A stretch of 64,000 bases of DNA from Eledone cirrhosa (Eukaryota): contig OZ024743.1 in NCBI GenBank assembly GCA_964016885.1, positions 160,580,001 through 160,644,000 on the forward strand, written 5' to 3'. Each line of letters starts with the position of its first letter. The first letter of the stretch is position 1. Below are positions 25,254 to 38,698 of this stretch, one piece after another. The position numbers and the translations under genes are program-made. The notes under the pieces are model-generated. The model ran no database searches and was not told where the DNA came from. It was given only the letters and a program-made list of their open reading frames with translations.

Positions 25254-25343
<90 letters not shown>

Positions 25344-25544
25344 TGCATATACATACATACAATACATATACACACATACACACACATATATATATATATA
25401 TGTACATCCACACATACATATATACACATACACATACATATATATATATAGATAGATATATACACACACACATATATGCATATATATATATAAATGGAAT
25501 ATAATGAAACGAAATTTCATTTCTCACTCTTAGTCGGCACTTAC

Positions 25545-26062
25545 TTAAATGTAAGTATGTATGTATACGTACATACATATATGTTTACAGACGTACAGTA
25601 GTATGTATATATATACATACATGCACACATATATATATGCACGTATCGGTTTACCGAACATTTATTATAATGCTTGGTTTGTTTGTTTATAAACCAACAA
25701 GCAGCCCGCATTACGCCGTACAGTGTTTAGGCAACCACGTCAGCTTTTTGTTCAACACTGACACAGGAACGATCTACTAGTTTCAAGCTTATTAGCTATC
25801 GTCAGCATCGTATACCTTCCTGCCCTTAATATGCATAAGGAAAGTATATACTTTCAGGCGTTCAACCATCTAGTTGCCTAAACACTGTACGGCGTAATCC
25901 GGGCTGTTTGTTTGTTTACAAACAAATAAACCGAGCATTATAATAAATGTTCGGTAAACCGATACGTGCATATATATATGTGTGCATGTATGTATATATA
26001 TACATACTACTGTACGTCTGTATACATATATGTGTGTACGTATACATACATACATACTTATA
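25545..26062. repeat. Fold-back cassette: ~190 bp inverted arms (25545-25737 and 25872-26062) around an HHR-containing loop
   Basis: TACGCCGTACAGTGTTTAGGCAAC versus GTTGCCTAAACACTGTACGGCGTA, and GTATCGGTTTACCGAACATTTATT versus its reverse complement. Confidence 0.8.
25770..25810 (-). ncRNA. Minimal type I hammerhead
   Basis: Reverse complement CGATG CTGACGA T AGCT-AATA-AGCT T GAAA CTAG TA GATCG. Stem III is palindromic (ACTAGT) and there is one G-G mismatch at the stem I base. Confidence 0.72.
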
Positions 26063-26064
26063 TA

Positions 26065-26168
<104 letters not shown>

Positions 26169-26285
26169 CACACATATATACATACATACACCCATACATA
26201 CACATATACATATATAAATATATAAATAAATACACAAATGCATACATACACACACATCTCTCTCTCTCCCTCTATATATATATAT

Positions 26286-26930
26286 AGTTATGTAATAAAC
26301 AACATAAGATAATTATTTCATTTACCAGTGGTTTCTTAAAAGCAGATATATCTGTTTTCAGTCGTGTTTTTATTAAATATGGATTTGAAAACAAAACATA
26401 AGAAATATGAAAGTGAGACTAAGGAAACAAACGGCGAAAAAAAAGAGAAAAAAGGAAAAATACATATGTATATATAAAAACAATAAATATATAAACATAC
26501 ACACACTCAACCACGCACATATACTAAAAGTTCACTTAAGCGAATAATTATCTACAGGCATGGACAAAATGCATACACATACATATACATGAAGTAATAA
26601 TAATAAATAAATAAATAAGAACAACAAATACAAAGTCTAAAATAAAAGATACGTGTTGACAACGATAAGTGAGAGGAGGGTATGGGATAAAAACAATTAA
26701 AAATAAACAAACACACGAGGTGTGCACATACATAAATATATATGTATATTAAATATATATACATATATATAAATATATTTATACACACATACATGCATAC
26801 ACAAGCACACACACACAAAAACATGCACAAAAACTCATACACACGTATAAAAACACATACACAAATGTATGTGTATATACATATACACACACACACACAC
26901 ACACATATGTATATATATATAGATAGATAG
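26286..26930 (-). mobile_element. PLE 3'UTR/pLTR copy, inverted relative to 29590-30410; its HHR has lost the 5' stem I strand and CUG
   Basis: Reverse-complement match to about 29720-30360. The HHR 3' half is at 26317-26365. Confidence 0.75.
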
Positions 26931-27089
26931 ATAAATATACACGGGTGTGAATGATTGTGTATAGAATATTATATTAATAAGAGGAATTTCAACTTTGTCT
27001 GATTTACACGTTTTATTTACAATCCTTTAAAATTTATAATGGTATTATAATGAAATATTATGATAGAATATTAAATGTTAAGTGTTAAT

Positions 27090-27136
27090 TGAACAAGTAC
27101 TTTCATGCTTTCACGCTTTCGCAATCTTCAGGTTCA
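27090..27136 (-). ncRNA. Type I hammerhead with a duplicated 8-nt unit in stem II
   Basis: Reverse complement TGAAC CTGAAGA TTGC GAAA GCGT GAAA GCAT GAAA GTAC TT GTTCA, with palindromic stem III AGTACT. Confidence 0.72.
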
Positions 27137-27399
27137 TAATGTGTGGTGATAGTCAAGTTTGCAATTTTCAACTGTAATGAGATGGGTACATTTTGTGCCT
27201 TATATACAGTGAAAAGTGGCTCCAGAATGCTAAATCTTGCAAACTGTATTTCGACCAATCGCTGTGTAGTTTCACTGAATTACTAAAGCTGATTGGTTTA
27301 GGCGTCACGGTTGGTTGAGCATTGATCCTAATTGATCCTATCCAAAGCATGTATTGGATAGAGGTGGTCTATTCCGTTTGGTCAATCGTAATGTAATAA

Positions 27400-27778
27400 T
27401 ATAGAGAGTACTCAACGTAGAGCAGTTCAACCGTCTTTGTTTTTGTAGTTGGTGGTGCTATTACGGAGTTAAATATTATAATGAAATGACAGGAGGCTGG
27501 ATTTGTGTAAATCCTTGAAAAGTTTATTATACTATGATCATTTCAATGACCGGGTTCCGTATGAATCCGGTGATATCATCAGGTATTCGAAATATAATAC
27601 GTGAATGTAATAGATAAAATCCATGGGCCTCGATTTTTAGCCCCATGGATTTTATCTATTACATTCACATATTATATTTCGAGTACCTGATGATATCACC
27701 GGATTCATACGGAACCCGGTCATAGTATAATAAACCTTTCAAGAATTTACACAAACCCAGCCTCCTGTCATTTCATTA

Positions 27779-27790
<12 letters not shown>
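27400..27790. mobile_element. Fold-back pLTR cassette (arms about 27477-27627 and 27643-27785)
   Basis: Centre TAGATAAAATCCATGGG-loop-CCCATGGATTTTATCTA. Homologous to 12605-12830. Confidence 0.8.
27529..27586 (-). ncRNA. Type I hammerhead (intact); the mirror copy at 27683-27728 lacks GAAA and stem III
   Basis: Reverse complement ATAC CTGATGA TATCACCGG...CCGGTCATT GAAA TGATCA TA GTAT. Confidence 0.78.
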
Positions 27791-27832
<42 letters not shown>

Positions 27833-27842
27833 TTTTTTTTAG

Positions 27843-27963
27843 TGAAGGCGTGTGTCTGAGTGGTTAGAGAATTGGATTCACAATCTTGAGGTTGTGAGTT
27901 CGATTCCTGGACCGGGCGAGGCGTTATGTCCTTGAGCAAGACACTTTATTTCACGTTGTTCCT
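27843..27963 (+). mobile_element. tRNA-derived SINE, 5' part
   Basis: A-box-like TGTCTGAGTGG and B-box GAGTTCGATTCC, followed by a CORE-like GTCCTTGAGCAAGACACTT. Confidence 0.75.
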
Positions 27964-28513
27964 TCTACCTGGAGTTGCGACCGATAGATAGTACTAGCAA
28001 CTGGAAAGACCGACGGAAACATTGTTTCCTTGGTCCGATTTGACGACAGTTGATCGCTTAAAGAATATATATATATACACAAAAATATTAAAATATAAAA
28101 TATAAAATAAACATACATACATATCCACATACGTGCAAAAATACATTTACTCATACACATACACACGCATACACACGTATATAAAAACAGGCATACAACC
28201 AAATATAGTAACACACACATAAACCCTACGTATACACATGCGTGCGCGCAATCACACGTAATAAGAAATCAACACACGCATACAAAACCATACGTAAAAC
28301 TATACAGCCTAAAACAAAAGCATATATACAACCGCATACACACAACTATATACGTAAACACATACATAGAACCATATATAAGTATAATATAAACATAAAT
28401 AAACTCAAACATAAATATATATACATACAAACACATCTATACACACATATACACACATCTCTATATATATACACACACATACAAAAACATACACACGCAG
28501 TTTACATATATAT

Positions 28514-28575
<62 letters not shown>

Positions 28576-28845
28576 ATACACACACACATAATACGTACAC
28601 AACATACATATATACATATAAATGTAGATGCTCTATTTAAATTGTTGGGATACAACAAGCAAATATTTTTATAACTGATATAAAGCACTCAACAAATTAT
28701 TGGAGTAAAAATACGATATATTAACAAATGGAAACTATATTTATAAAACCTTATTTATTTCATTATACATATTTCAAGGACACCAAGGGTATGTCAATAT
28801 TTATTTATTTATTTATTTATTTATTTATAAAACTTATGTATATTT

Positions 28846-28910
28846 TATTTTATCTGATGAAAGCACACCATAATTTGACTTGGTGTCCTTGAAATATGTA
28901 TAATGAAATA
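28846..28910 (+). ncRNA. Type I hammerhead; an inverted partial copy lies at about 28712-28787
   Basis: TATTTTAT CTGATGA AAGC-ACACCA...TGGTGT-CCTT GAAA TATGTA TA ATGAAATA. Confidence 0.75.
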
Positions 28911-29424
28911 AATATGGTTTTATAAATATAGTTTCCATTTGTTAATATATCGTATATACATATATATATATAAATATATATATATATACATATACATATA
29001 CATACATGCACACATACACACATACACACATACACACACACGTACAAATAAATAATCAAAATACTATAAAAGTATGTACACATGAGCCTGTCTGCAAATC
29101 CGCCCGCACACAGCCCTATGTGAGAACATAAAAACCTAGTGGGCAAGTATGGACAAAATGGGAGTAACATTGAAATGATAAACACAGTTATTAAGTATAG
29201 GCAAGGGAAAAAAGTGTTGTAAAAGGTTTGCGATGCGATCTAAATAAGAGTATCTGGTTAAAGAGTGAACTGAGTAAAGGATAAAGTTGGTGGGTGTGTA
29301 TGTCAATGGGTAAGGTAGAAAGTAAGTCAACTGAAAATTTTTTTTAAATAATAGGAAAAAAATAATAAAGATAAAAAGATATAGAAGGAGATGAGGAAGA
29401 AAATGTATATATGGGTATATATAA

Positions 29425-29678
29425 CAGGAAAAGCTAAAATTATTTGGTTTACACCCCCTTCTCTCTAACTGTCAAAACTAATGTAGGAAGGAAATTCCTC
29501 GACCGCCTAGACAAACATTTTCCCCCTAATCATAGATATAATATATTTAATAGAAATGTAGTCAAAATCAGTTAGTCTTATATATCTCTTTATATTTATA
29601 ATTTTTTCCATGTGTATGTGTATGTGGATATGTACGTATGTTTATTTTATATTTTATATTTTTAAGTTTTTGTGTATA

Positions 29679-29743
<65 letters not shown>

Positions 29744-30410
29744 ATGTATATATATACATTTGTGTATGTGTTTTTATACCTGCGTATGAGTTTTTGTGCA
29801 TCTTTTTGTGTGTGTGCGTGTGTATGTATGTATGTGTGTATACATATATCTATATATATGTATATATATTTAATATACATATATATTTATGTATATGTAC
29901 ACCTCGTGTATTTGTTTATTTTAAATTGTTGTTATCCCCCCTCCTATCACTTATCGTTGTCAACACGTATCTTTTATTTTTGACTTTGTATTTGTTGTTC
30001 TTATTTATTTATTTATTCTTATTACTTCATGTATATGTATGTGTATGTTTTTTCTCCATGCCTGTAGATACTTATTCTCTTATGTGACCTTTTAGTATAT
30101 GCGCGTGGTTGAGTTGTGTATGTTTATATATTTATTGTTTTTATATATACATATGTAGTTTTTCTTTTTTCCTGTTTTCTCTTCTTCTTCGCCCGTTGTT
30201 TCCTCAGCCTCACTTTCATATTTCTTATATTTTGTTTTCAAATCCATATTTAATAAAAACAGCATGTTTTATTCATTCTGACGACTGAAAACAGTTATAT
30301 CTGCTTTCAAGAAACCACTGGTAAATGAAATAATTATCTTAGGTTGTTTATTACATAACTAATAAGCTCTGTAGCCTCTTTTTCCTGTACCTTTCCGATG
30401 GAATTACTTA
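29425..30410 (+). mobile_element. Deleted PLE remnant of the same lineage as 33979-39993: linker peptide, then 3'UTR/pLTR
   Basis: 29425-29580 encodes KIIWFTPP/FSLTVKTNVGRKFLDRLDKHFPPNHRYNIFNRNVVKIS* with one frameshift. This is homologous to KNMYFNPPFN...KNFPPGNRY in ORF 36596..37030. Confidence 0.7.
30272..30329 (+). ncRNA. Type I hammerhead ribozyme
   Basis: TTCATT CTGACGA C TGAAA-ACAG-TTATAT-CTGC-TTTCA A GAAA CCACTGG TA AATGAA. Confidence 0.82.
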
Positions 30411-30500
<90 letters not shown>

Positions 30501-30647
30501 ATTAGAATACTGGAGCGTGTTTGAGTCAAACACCCTCTTCGTATTATAGAAATGACAGTAAAAGGTATAGCTCAATGCAGTTAAACAGAGCCGAAAAATT
30601 AAGAGAGTAAAACAAAGAATCCTTTAATACATCAAAAGTTTTTATTA

Positions 30648-30685
30648 GCCGACAATGTTTCGTCCTATTAAGGACTCATCAGGGC
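30648..30685 (-). ncRNA. Minimal type I hammerhead with a canonical core
   Basis: Reverse complement GCC CTGATGA GTCC-TTAATA-GGAC GAAA CATTG TC GGC. Confidence 0.88.
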
Positions 30686-31015
30686 AATCAAAACAACAAG
30701 AGGTAATTTCGGCAGATACAAGCCAGAAACTCTGAAGAATATGGAGTTTACATACACTAATGTCTTACAAAGATATACGATAATAAAAATGAAGATAAAA
30801 ATAATAAAATTATAATAACTAAGGATGTAGATAACATTAAGAACCATATTACAAATATAGTCCAAAGTCACCAACTTAAATCTAAACAAATTTGGTTATA
30901 TAGAGCAGGAATTATATATAACACAGTATAATACATTATAATAATAATATATCTATACCAACACTGAAATTCCAAATCAAAAATCAAAAGGTACAATATA
31001 TACATGTATATATGT

Positions 31016-31095
<80 letters not shown>

Positions 31096-31839
31096 TACAA
31101 TACACATATCTATTTTCTATTACACAGAAATTAAGCCCTATTGGAAGTTTGAACATCAAAAATATCAAAAATAATCATGGTAATAGTGAAAATAATGCTA
31201 ATACATCTACCCAATATACATGAGGCAATAATTACAAGAAACACTTATAATAAATAATAAACAACAAAATTATATAATACAATACAATATAATAAAGTGG
31301 AATATATATAATCTCCGGTTAATTTACAGAAACAATATAGATGTCACAGTGAAATACAATGATAAATTGTTAACATTATATTAACAATTACCATAATCAA
31401 TATGTACAACATGATTCATACTGGGTTACATAATAAATGGGGAAATATCAATCATATAATATAATACAATAATACTCAAAAAAACTATATTGGTACAGGG
31501 AACAATTATGATGTTACAGAAAAAATATGTTGTTACAGAAAAAATATAGACATCTAACATGATATGTAAAGTCTAAATACCATAATGTTACATATTACAA
31601 TATTAAAATATTAAAATATTAAAAAATATAAAGTTTAACTATCTTAATGTTATATATAATAAACGGTAAGTAATAAGGATCTATATCATAATGTAATATA
31701 TTTTAAAAATTGGCATATAATATATAAATAAATACTTATAATTTCAAGGTTAGTAGACAGACATATGTGGATGAGTGAACGAAGCCAGACCTTGTTGTTT
31801 TGATTGCCCTGTTGTTTTGATTGCCTTGTTGTTTTGATT

Positions 31840-31877
31840 GCCCTGATGAGTCCTTAATAGGACGAAACATTGTCGGC
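31840..31877 (+). ncRNA. Minimal type I hammerhead with a canonical core
   Basis: GCC CTGATGA GTCC-TTAATA-GGAC GAAA CATTG TC GGC. Confidence 0.88.
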
Positions 31878-31921
31878 TAATAAAAACTTTTGATGTATTA
31901 AAGGATTCTTTGTTTTACTCT

Positions 31922-32046
<125 letters not shown>

Positions 32047-32067
32047 GATAGAGAGAATATAATATAC

Positions 32068-32249
<182 letters not shown>

Positions 32250-32269
32250 TATACACACACACACACACG

Positions 32270-32312
<43 letters not shown>

Positions 32313-32469
32313 GGATATACACATACATACACATATACGCATATGCATGCGTATACACATATATATAAACGCACGTACAAACAAGCATAGCATACATACG
32401 TACGGCCACTCATACAAATACGTACATACATACACTCATAAGTATACACATATACGCACACACATATAT

Positions 32470-33630
32470 ATATACAGTATAAAGATGAAGTACGCTCTAA
32501 ATGCGGAAAGAACAGATAGGTAACAAGTACTTACATGAACATAGTGCTGTATTGCGTTTCGAGTTGAGAGGGGGGGTATGGGTAGTGTGGGAAGGAGGTG
32601 GAGGGGGTATTTTGTCGAATGTTTTTTTTTTTATAAAAGGGAAATGTTTTTTAGCCATCTGGCATCAACACTGGCTTAAGGTATTTGAAAGTTGCAAAGT
32701 TTGTGTGCATGCAATTCAGGCAGTGTTCAGAGAGTTTGATAAGTAGTGGGCCCTTGGCAAATAATATTTCGTATCTCTCTGAGATACAAAGGTCGCAGCA
32801 CTTGTGTCCTCCCTTGTATGAGCGCACTTTCTGGAGTATTTTATATTTAAGCGTGAAGGGGGGGAGTTCCTTTTGAGGGCCCAGACATAGGAGGCGAGTG
32901 TTGTCTGATTTGATTTGTCCGGTCTTCTGAAAAAGTGGGTATGGGCATACCACCGGGTCTTAAAATTGTTGGAAGTCATGCCGATGTAAGTCTTTTTGTT
33001 GTTGCTGTCATCGGTGCCTGAGATGACATCACATTTGTATACGATATCATTTGTCAGGCATTTGTTTTCAAGTGGGCATGCTTCCTTATTTAGGCAGTTG
33101 CACAAGGCTTCAGTCCGGGGATTGGGTTCGGAAGTAGTTGGCGTATTTAATTTTTTTAGAATTGAGATTGGCTATATTCCTAGCTAGGTTAGGTGTAGTG
33201 GAGTAGGAGAGTCTTATAGTGCTCTTATTGGAGATGGTGTAGTACCTATGTTGTATGGGGAAGTGTGTGTTCAGCAAAGGGAAGAAAGTCCTAGCTATAG
33301 GTGTAAAGACCTCTCTATTTAAGGGGGGAGGGCTGTACCAACTAATCTCCCTATGACTATTTCTCCTAGGTAGACTTGCAGTGGTTTCTAGGTAAGTTAT
33401 CTTTTCTTTAAATCCGCTGCGGGCGAGGGCGTCATTGTAGTAAGAGGCAGAGGCATTAAATATATCTTCATTGGCCGAGAGGCCGGAGATTCTAATTGAG
33501 ACACTTTTTACTAAGTTCTGTGATGTTTTGGGGGTGGTTAGAATTAACATTAATATATCTAAGGGACTCGTTAGATTTGTGGTACGTGTAATAGAGGGAA
33601 GTATCTAGGTCGAGAGTGACATCGACAGCA
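32470..33630 (-). pseudogene. 3' fragment of a PLE (RT thumb, linker, GIY-YIG), same lineage as 33979-39993
   Basis: ISWYSPPP, IRLSYSTTPNL, CNCLNKEACPLENKCL, IVYKC...TYIGMTSNNFKTRWYAH and CCDLCISERYEI, with frameshifts. Confidence 0.88.
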
Positions 33631-33850
33631 TTGTTAGTCTAAGTGATAAACTAGGATTGGTATTCCAAATTTGAATTTGTTTACAGTATTCTTTCTGCCT
33701 TTGTTAATATTATAGCTTTAAAGAATTGGCTTTTATTGAACTCCCTTTTCTTTAAATCCATCAACCAATGACCTCCACCCATCCTAATCCCCACCCTCTC
33801 CTACCACCAGAAAAGAAAAGATATAAATACCACCACCCATTTGGTCAGCA

Positions 33851-33901
33851 AGCTTCCTGATGATTTCTCACGAATGAAACAGTTCTAGTCCTGTAGAAGC
33901 T
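33851..33901 (+). ncRNA. Type I hammerhead ribozyme in pLTR fragment 33640-33906
   Basis: AGCTTC CTGATGA TTTC-TCAC-GAAT GAAA CAG-TTCTAGTC-CTG TA GAAGCT, with a 6-bp stem I. Confidence 0.85.
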
Positions 33902-33902
33902 C

Positions 33903-33980
<78 letters not shown>

Positions 33981-34122
33981 TTAGGTTAATAGGAGTTAGG
34001 TATTGTATACCCGTGTCCCATTAAGGTATTGTCAGCATAATAATTAGCTCTATGCTTTGGAGCAGAGCCGTATATATGAAAAAGAACACAAGAGCGTCTA
34101 CAACATCAAAAGATTTTTATTG

Positions 34123-34167
34123 GCTTACAATGTTTCTTCCTTACGTAACCGTAGGATTCGTCAGAGC
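34123..34167 (-). ncRNA. Minimal type I hammerhead
   Basis: Reverse complement GCT CTGACGA ATCCTACG-GTTA-CGTAAGGAA GAAA CATTG TA AGC. Confidence 0.8.
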
Positions 34168-34879
34168 TATAAAAGGGGTTTGATTGGTGTTATGGACTCT
34201 ACCAACCAAACATTCAAGAACAAAGAGTAAAGAGAGTAAAGAGCAAAAGTAGGGGACGATAAGTCTAATTTTGGCGCGGGAGGGTGGGGTGTGGGTCCTT
34301 GTTTACTAGCTGCGGTCATATTCATTCCCGGCAGTCGGGTGGTTAGCAGAACCATAGATGGTGTGGCGTCGATAGTATATTGTGTTTTCCCCTCCAAATA
34401 TTCGCTTATATTTCTTTATATATTCTCTATATATTTTTTTATCTTTATTATTTCCACTTTTATCCTCCTTTATATTTTACCTTATTTTTACTTTTATACC
34501 TTATTATAGTGTAATCTTCCCCATGCCTTATTATACACTATTAATTATAGATTATTATTATTACTCTCTTTCCATTTCTAATTACCTCATGTACTTTCTG
34601 CTCCGCTATATATATATATATATTGTATGCCCTTTGTGTTTGTGTAGCCTCTGCGCACCCTCTGCACCATACTATCGACGCCACCCCATCTATGGTTCTG
34701 CTAACCACCCGACTGCCGGGAATGAATATGACCGCAGCTAGTAAACAAGGACCCACACCCCACCCTCCCGCACCAAAATTAGACTTATCGTCCCCTACTT
34801 TTGCTCTTTACTCTCTTTACTCTTTGTTCTTGAATGTTTGGTTGGTAGAGTCCATAACACCAATCAAACCCCTTTTATA

Positions 34880-34924
34880 GCTCTGGCGAATCCTACGGTT
34901 ACGTAAGGAAGAAACATTGTAAGC
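34880..34924 (+). ncRNA. Hammerhead copy with an A6G core change (CUGGCGA)
   Basis: GCT CTGGCGA ATCCTACG-GTTA-CGTAAGGAA GAAA CATTG TA AGC. Confidence 0.7.
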
Positions 34925-35135
34925 CAATAAAAATCTTTTGATGTTGTAGACGCTCTTGTGTTCTTTTTCATATATACGGCTCTGCTCCAAAGCATAGAGC
35001 TAATTATTATGCTGCCAATACCTTAATGGGACACGGGTATACAATACCTAACTCCTATTAACCTAAGTATTTCTACGGCTCCCCCCGGTTGAGCTAAATC
35101 CTTATAACCTGTCCACCTTGTGTGTATGATTATAA

Positions 35136-37687
35136 TTGATTAGCAGCATGCTAACTAAAGACTACCTATCTATATCACTCAAGAACATCCCAACCCCATC
35201 TAGGACTACTTATGAGAAATTACTGATAGCTAGTGTCAACTCCTTCGTTAAGCGTATTAGATGGCGCACTTTCCACTTCGATAAGAGAAATAAGAAATCA
35301 ACCACGGTGTGCCCCAATAACAAATTCGGTTTTAAAACCTATAGGAGCCCGCCCCATAACTCCATGCTAGATTGATTTGAGAATGACCTCCTATCACTAG
35401 TAAGGAATATTAAGTTTAAAAACCCCCTTGGGAATAGCAACAAATTCCGGATGAAACTGGAAACCTTAGTTAAGGACTTTAACGATAAAAGAGATATCCT
35501 GGTCACCTCGGATAAACCAGAAATATTTATAGCTTAAATTATGATACGTATCGTAGGTTTATATACAATGAATTAAATAGAAACTATAAAAAGACAACAA
35601 GCGCAAACTTAGATGAAATTAATAAGGAAGCATGTGCCATAGTGGATAAACTAGGTCTGGAAAAGTATACCCAACCATATACCCCTAGGCAACCCAGGTT
35701 CACCCTTAAAGACCATAAGGCTGACTTCATTAGTAAACCCTCTGTTAGATTAATTAGCCCATCGAAGTCAGATATAGGAATTATCAGTAAGAAAATTTTA
35801 GACGGCGTTATACCCACCATCAGGAGGAAAATATATCTAGAGCTATGGGAGAATACGGAAGAGGTTTTGAAATGGTTCTCAAGCCTTAGCAACCATAAAT
35901 CCCTTAAATTTATACAATTCGACATCGATGCGTACTACACCTCAATCTCCCTCATACTCCTTAATAAGGCCCTAATCATGGCCATGCAGAAAAGTGACCT
36001 CACTAGGTCTCAAATTGATGTCATTCTTGCGGCCCGGAAAACGATAATCACATTTGAGGATGAATTGTGGACCCGCAAGAATACGCCCAGTAACTTCGAC
36101 ATCACAATGGGATCTAGTGACTCTGCACAAGTAACGGACCTGGAAGGATTGTACCTCTTAAAGGAGTTACATGAGACATTACCACACTTGAAGGGCGGCT
36201 TATACCGTGATGACGCCCTCCTCACTCTCGAGTATAAAAAGTGCAATATAGAAAGAACCAGGAAATAATTACGTAGGTTCTTTAAAAACTTTAATCTAAG
36301 TATTACCATAGATGCAAATGATAACACAGTAAACTTCCTAGACGCCACCCTTGACCTAGAAAGTAAAACATTTGCACCCTACCATAAACCTAACGATAGA
36401 CTAACATATGTAAACGCCAGCTCTAACCACCCCAAATCAGTCCTAAACGCTATTCCCAAGGGGGTCTCTAATAGAATTAGCAGACTGTCCAGTAATGAGA
36501 GTATCTTCAACTCCAATGCAGAGTATTATGACAAGGCCCTAGCAGAATCTGGTTACGGGAGTAGATTATCATATATACATAAGGACTCTCAAACCATGAG
36601 TGTGAAACCTACCAACATAATCACACATAGTATGGCCACAAAGCCTAACCAACTTAGAGGCAAGAATAATAGTAAGAACCCTAATGGCGGTAACCCAGCT
36701 AAATGTAAACCACGTAAAGACAATGCTAGAGTCCCTCACCACAACTCTAAAACAGTAAATGATCACGCCATGAATATAAACCATCCGGGCTTAAACGAAA
36801 CAGACAACGCCACTAACGTTAATAACGGAACCCTACAAAATAGTACGCACAGTAGCGAGACACACCCCACAGATAAGAAAAATAGAAGAAGGAAAAACAT
36901 GTATTTTAACCCACCTTTTAACTCTGAGGTCCTCACTAACCTCCCCAGAGTATTCTTCTCATTATTGGAAAAAAACTTCCCACCAGGCAATAGATATCGC
37001 AACATAATTAACAAAAACGTAATTAAATGATCCTATTCGACCACACCTAACCTCGCATCACACCTAGCACGCACGAACATTAGGAAAACTAGGGAAGGCT
37101 TCGAAGCAATTAAAATGGCAGTCAACCACCAGCAACCGACTACACTGGAAAATGGGCAACATAATAGCATCAATGAGCCATCTAATCATATAGAGGCACC
37201 TAGTGATAATGCTAGTAACCAAACTTCGGGAGGTAAGTTAACTAATCGAACCCGCAGTTGCAATTGCAGGCGGAGTAGTAACTGTCCCCTAAGAGGGGAT
37301 TGCCTCATGAAAAACATAGTATATGCATGTGACGTAACCACACACAACTCTACCAAAACATATATAGGAGCAACGTCCAATACATTTAAAACTAGATTTA
37401 ACGCGCATATGTACACATTTAGGCACGATAGACATAAGAATGCCACCTCACTGGCGGGATACATCTCCTTTTTAAAAAATAATAGTACCCCATACAAACT
37501 TTTTTGGAGGAAGCTTACTAGATCCACGCCATACCGACCGCAGAGCGGAAGTTGTGACCTGTGTTTACTGGAATGCCATGCCATAATACACTCTAAACTG
37601 AACCTGCTTAACAGGAAATCGGAGATTTTCTCCTCTTGCCAACACAAAATCCTGAGTTCCTTCTTCTATTTTAAACCTAGCACATAG
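35136..37687 (+). pseudogene. PLE RT-GIY-YIG ORF with three in-frame stops and a frameshift
   Basis: SLKNIP, TLKDHK...RLISPSKS, FIQFDIDAYYTSI, FDITMGSSDSAQ, GLYRDD, VNFLD, CNC..CPLRGDCL, IVYAC..TYIGATSNTFKTRFNAH and CDLC...LLNRKSE...CQH. Confidence 0.92.
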
Positions 37688-38410
37688 ACGCAACATATAT
37701 CACGCAACCCCCACCTAGACTATAGCTCCCCCCCAACCCGTAACCCAGATAGATAGGTACTCTAAGGGTGGTACAGTCCCCTACAAGGTTGGTGTTTTTG
37801 CATGTGTGTGTGTGTGTGTGTGTATTCTCCTTTTCTCTCTCACACGCATACACACGCAGACATATGTGTGGGTGTGCGTGCGTGTGTGCATGCATGCACG
37901 CATGTGTGCGTGCATTGTATGCAAGTATATTGTATGTATATATATATATGTATATTGTATGCACGCGTATTATATTGTGTATATGTGTATATGTGACATG
38001 TATGTGAATATATGTATGTATGCGTATGAGTGCGTATGTGTATCTGTAAGTGTATGATGTGTGTATGTATGTGTATATGTATGTATACTTTTCTGTAGAA
38101 ATTCTCTCTATATGTGGTGTGTGGCATGAATTCCTCCTATAATACTCTTCTCTGAGAGGAGCATGATATGCAGAGTAACACATATGTATTGTCGAAGTTG
38201 AAACTGAGAACCACCACCCCTCCTGCTGACCCAAATGTTTACTGAGGACCAGAACACCATTCTCCGCAATATAAGAGCGAAATGCGCTTGCCGGACTATT
38301 GATGACCATAACATCACATTCCAAGGTAATGGCAAAACACAGTGAATGCTATGCACGACCAGAACACCACAGCATGCACATCCGAGCGACACAGATATAA
38401 TATCAATAGG

Positions 38411-38698
38411 GGAATCAACTGAATTTTTTGAGTTGAAATACATATGGATATGTGTCTGTGTGTATCGGACACACGTACACATAAAGAAGCTGCTGACCTA
38501 AATATACCTGTCATGCCTGTCTGAATTCCTAAGGGAATTGTCGGCCACTTGCTGTCTTGACCGATTGTAGTACCAGTGGGTGAATCAATTGAGTTTTTTT
38601 GATTTGAAATACATATAAATATGTGTCTGTGTGTGTCGGACACACGTACACATAAAGAAGCTGCCGACCTAAATGTGCCTGTCATGCCTGTCTGAATT
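38411..38698. repeat. Two ~117 bp direct repeats (period about 170 bp) in the 3' region of the PLE
   Basis: GAATCAA.TGA.TTTTT...CGGACACACGTACACATAAAGAAGCTGC.GACCTAAAT...CCTGTCATGCCTGTCTGAATT occurs twice. Confidence 0.85.

Larger units (their letters stand above)
20660..25260 (-). mobile_element. Full-length Penelope/Poseidon-like PLE (minus strand) with a partial upstream pLTR (about 23890-24182) and an inverted 3' copy (24183-25260, plus)
   Basis: 20660-20918 repeats directly at 23930-24182. 24183-25215 is the reverse complement of about 20660-21648. Both flanks are (TA)n. Confidence 0.9.

Noticed and set aside
27843-27915. tRNA gene candidate (A and B boxes); similar heads occur in the SINE clusters
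   Set aside because: No complete cloverleaf, and it continues directly into SINE body sequence.
35373-37030. In-frame TGA codons at 35373 and 37028 as possible selenocysteine recoding (known in some Naiad PLEs)
   Set aside because: They fall at non-cysteine positions (LD*FEND; IK*SYS, where the homolog at 33110..33550 has L). The same ORF also has a TAA stop and a frameshift, so this is ordinary decay.
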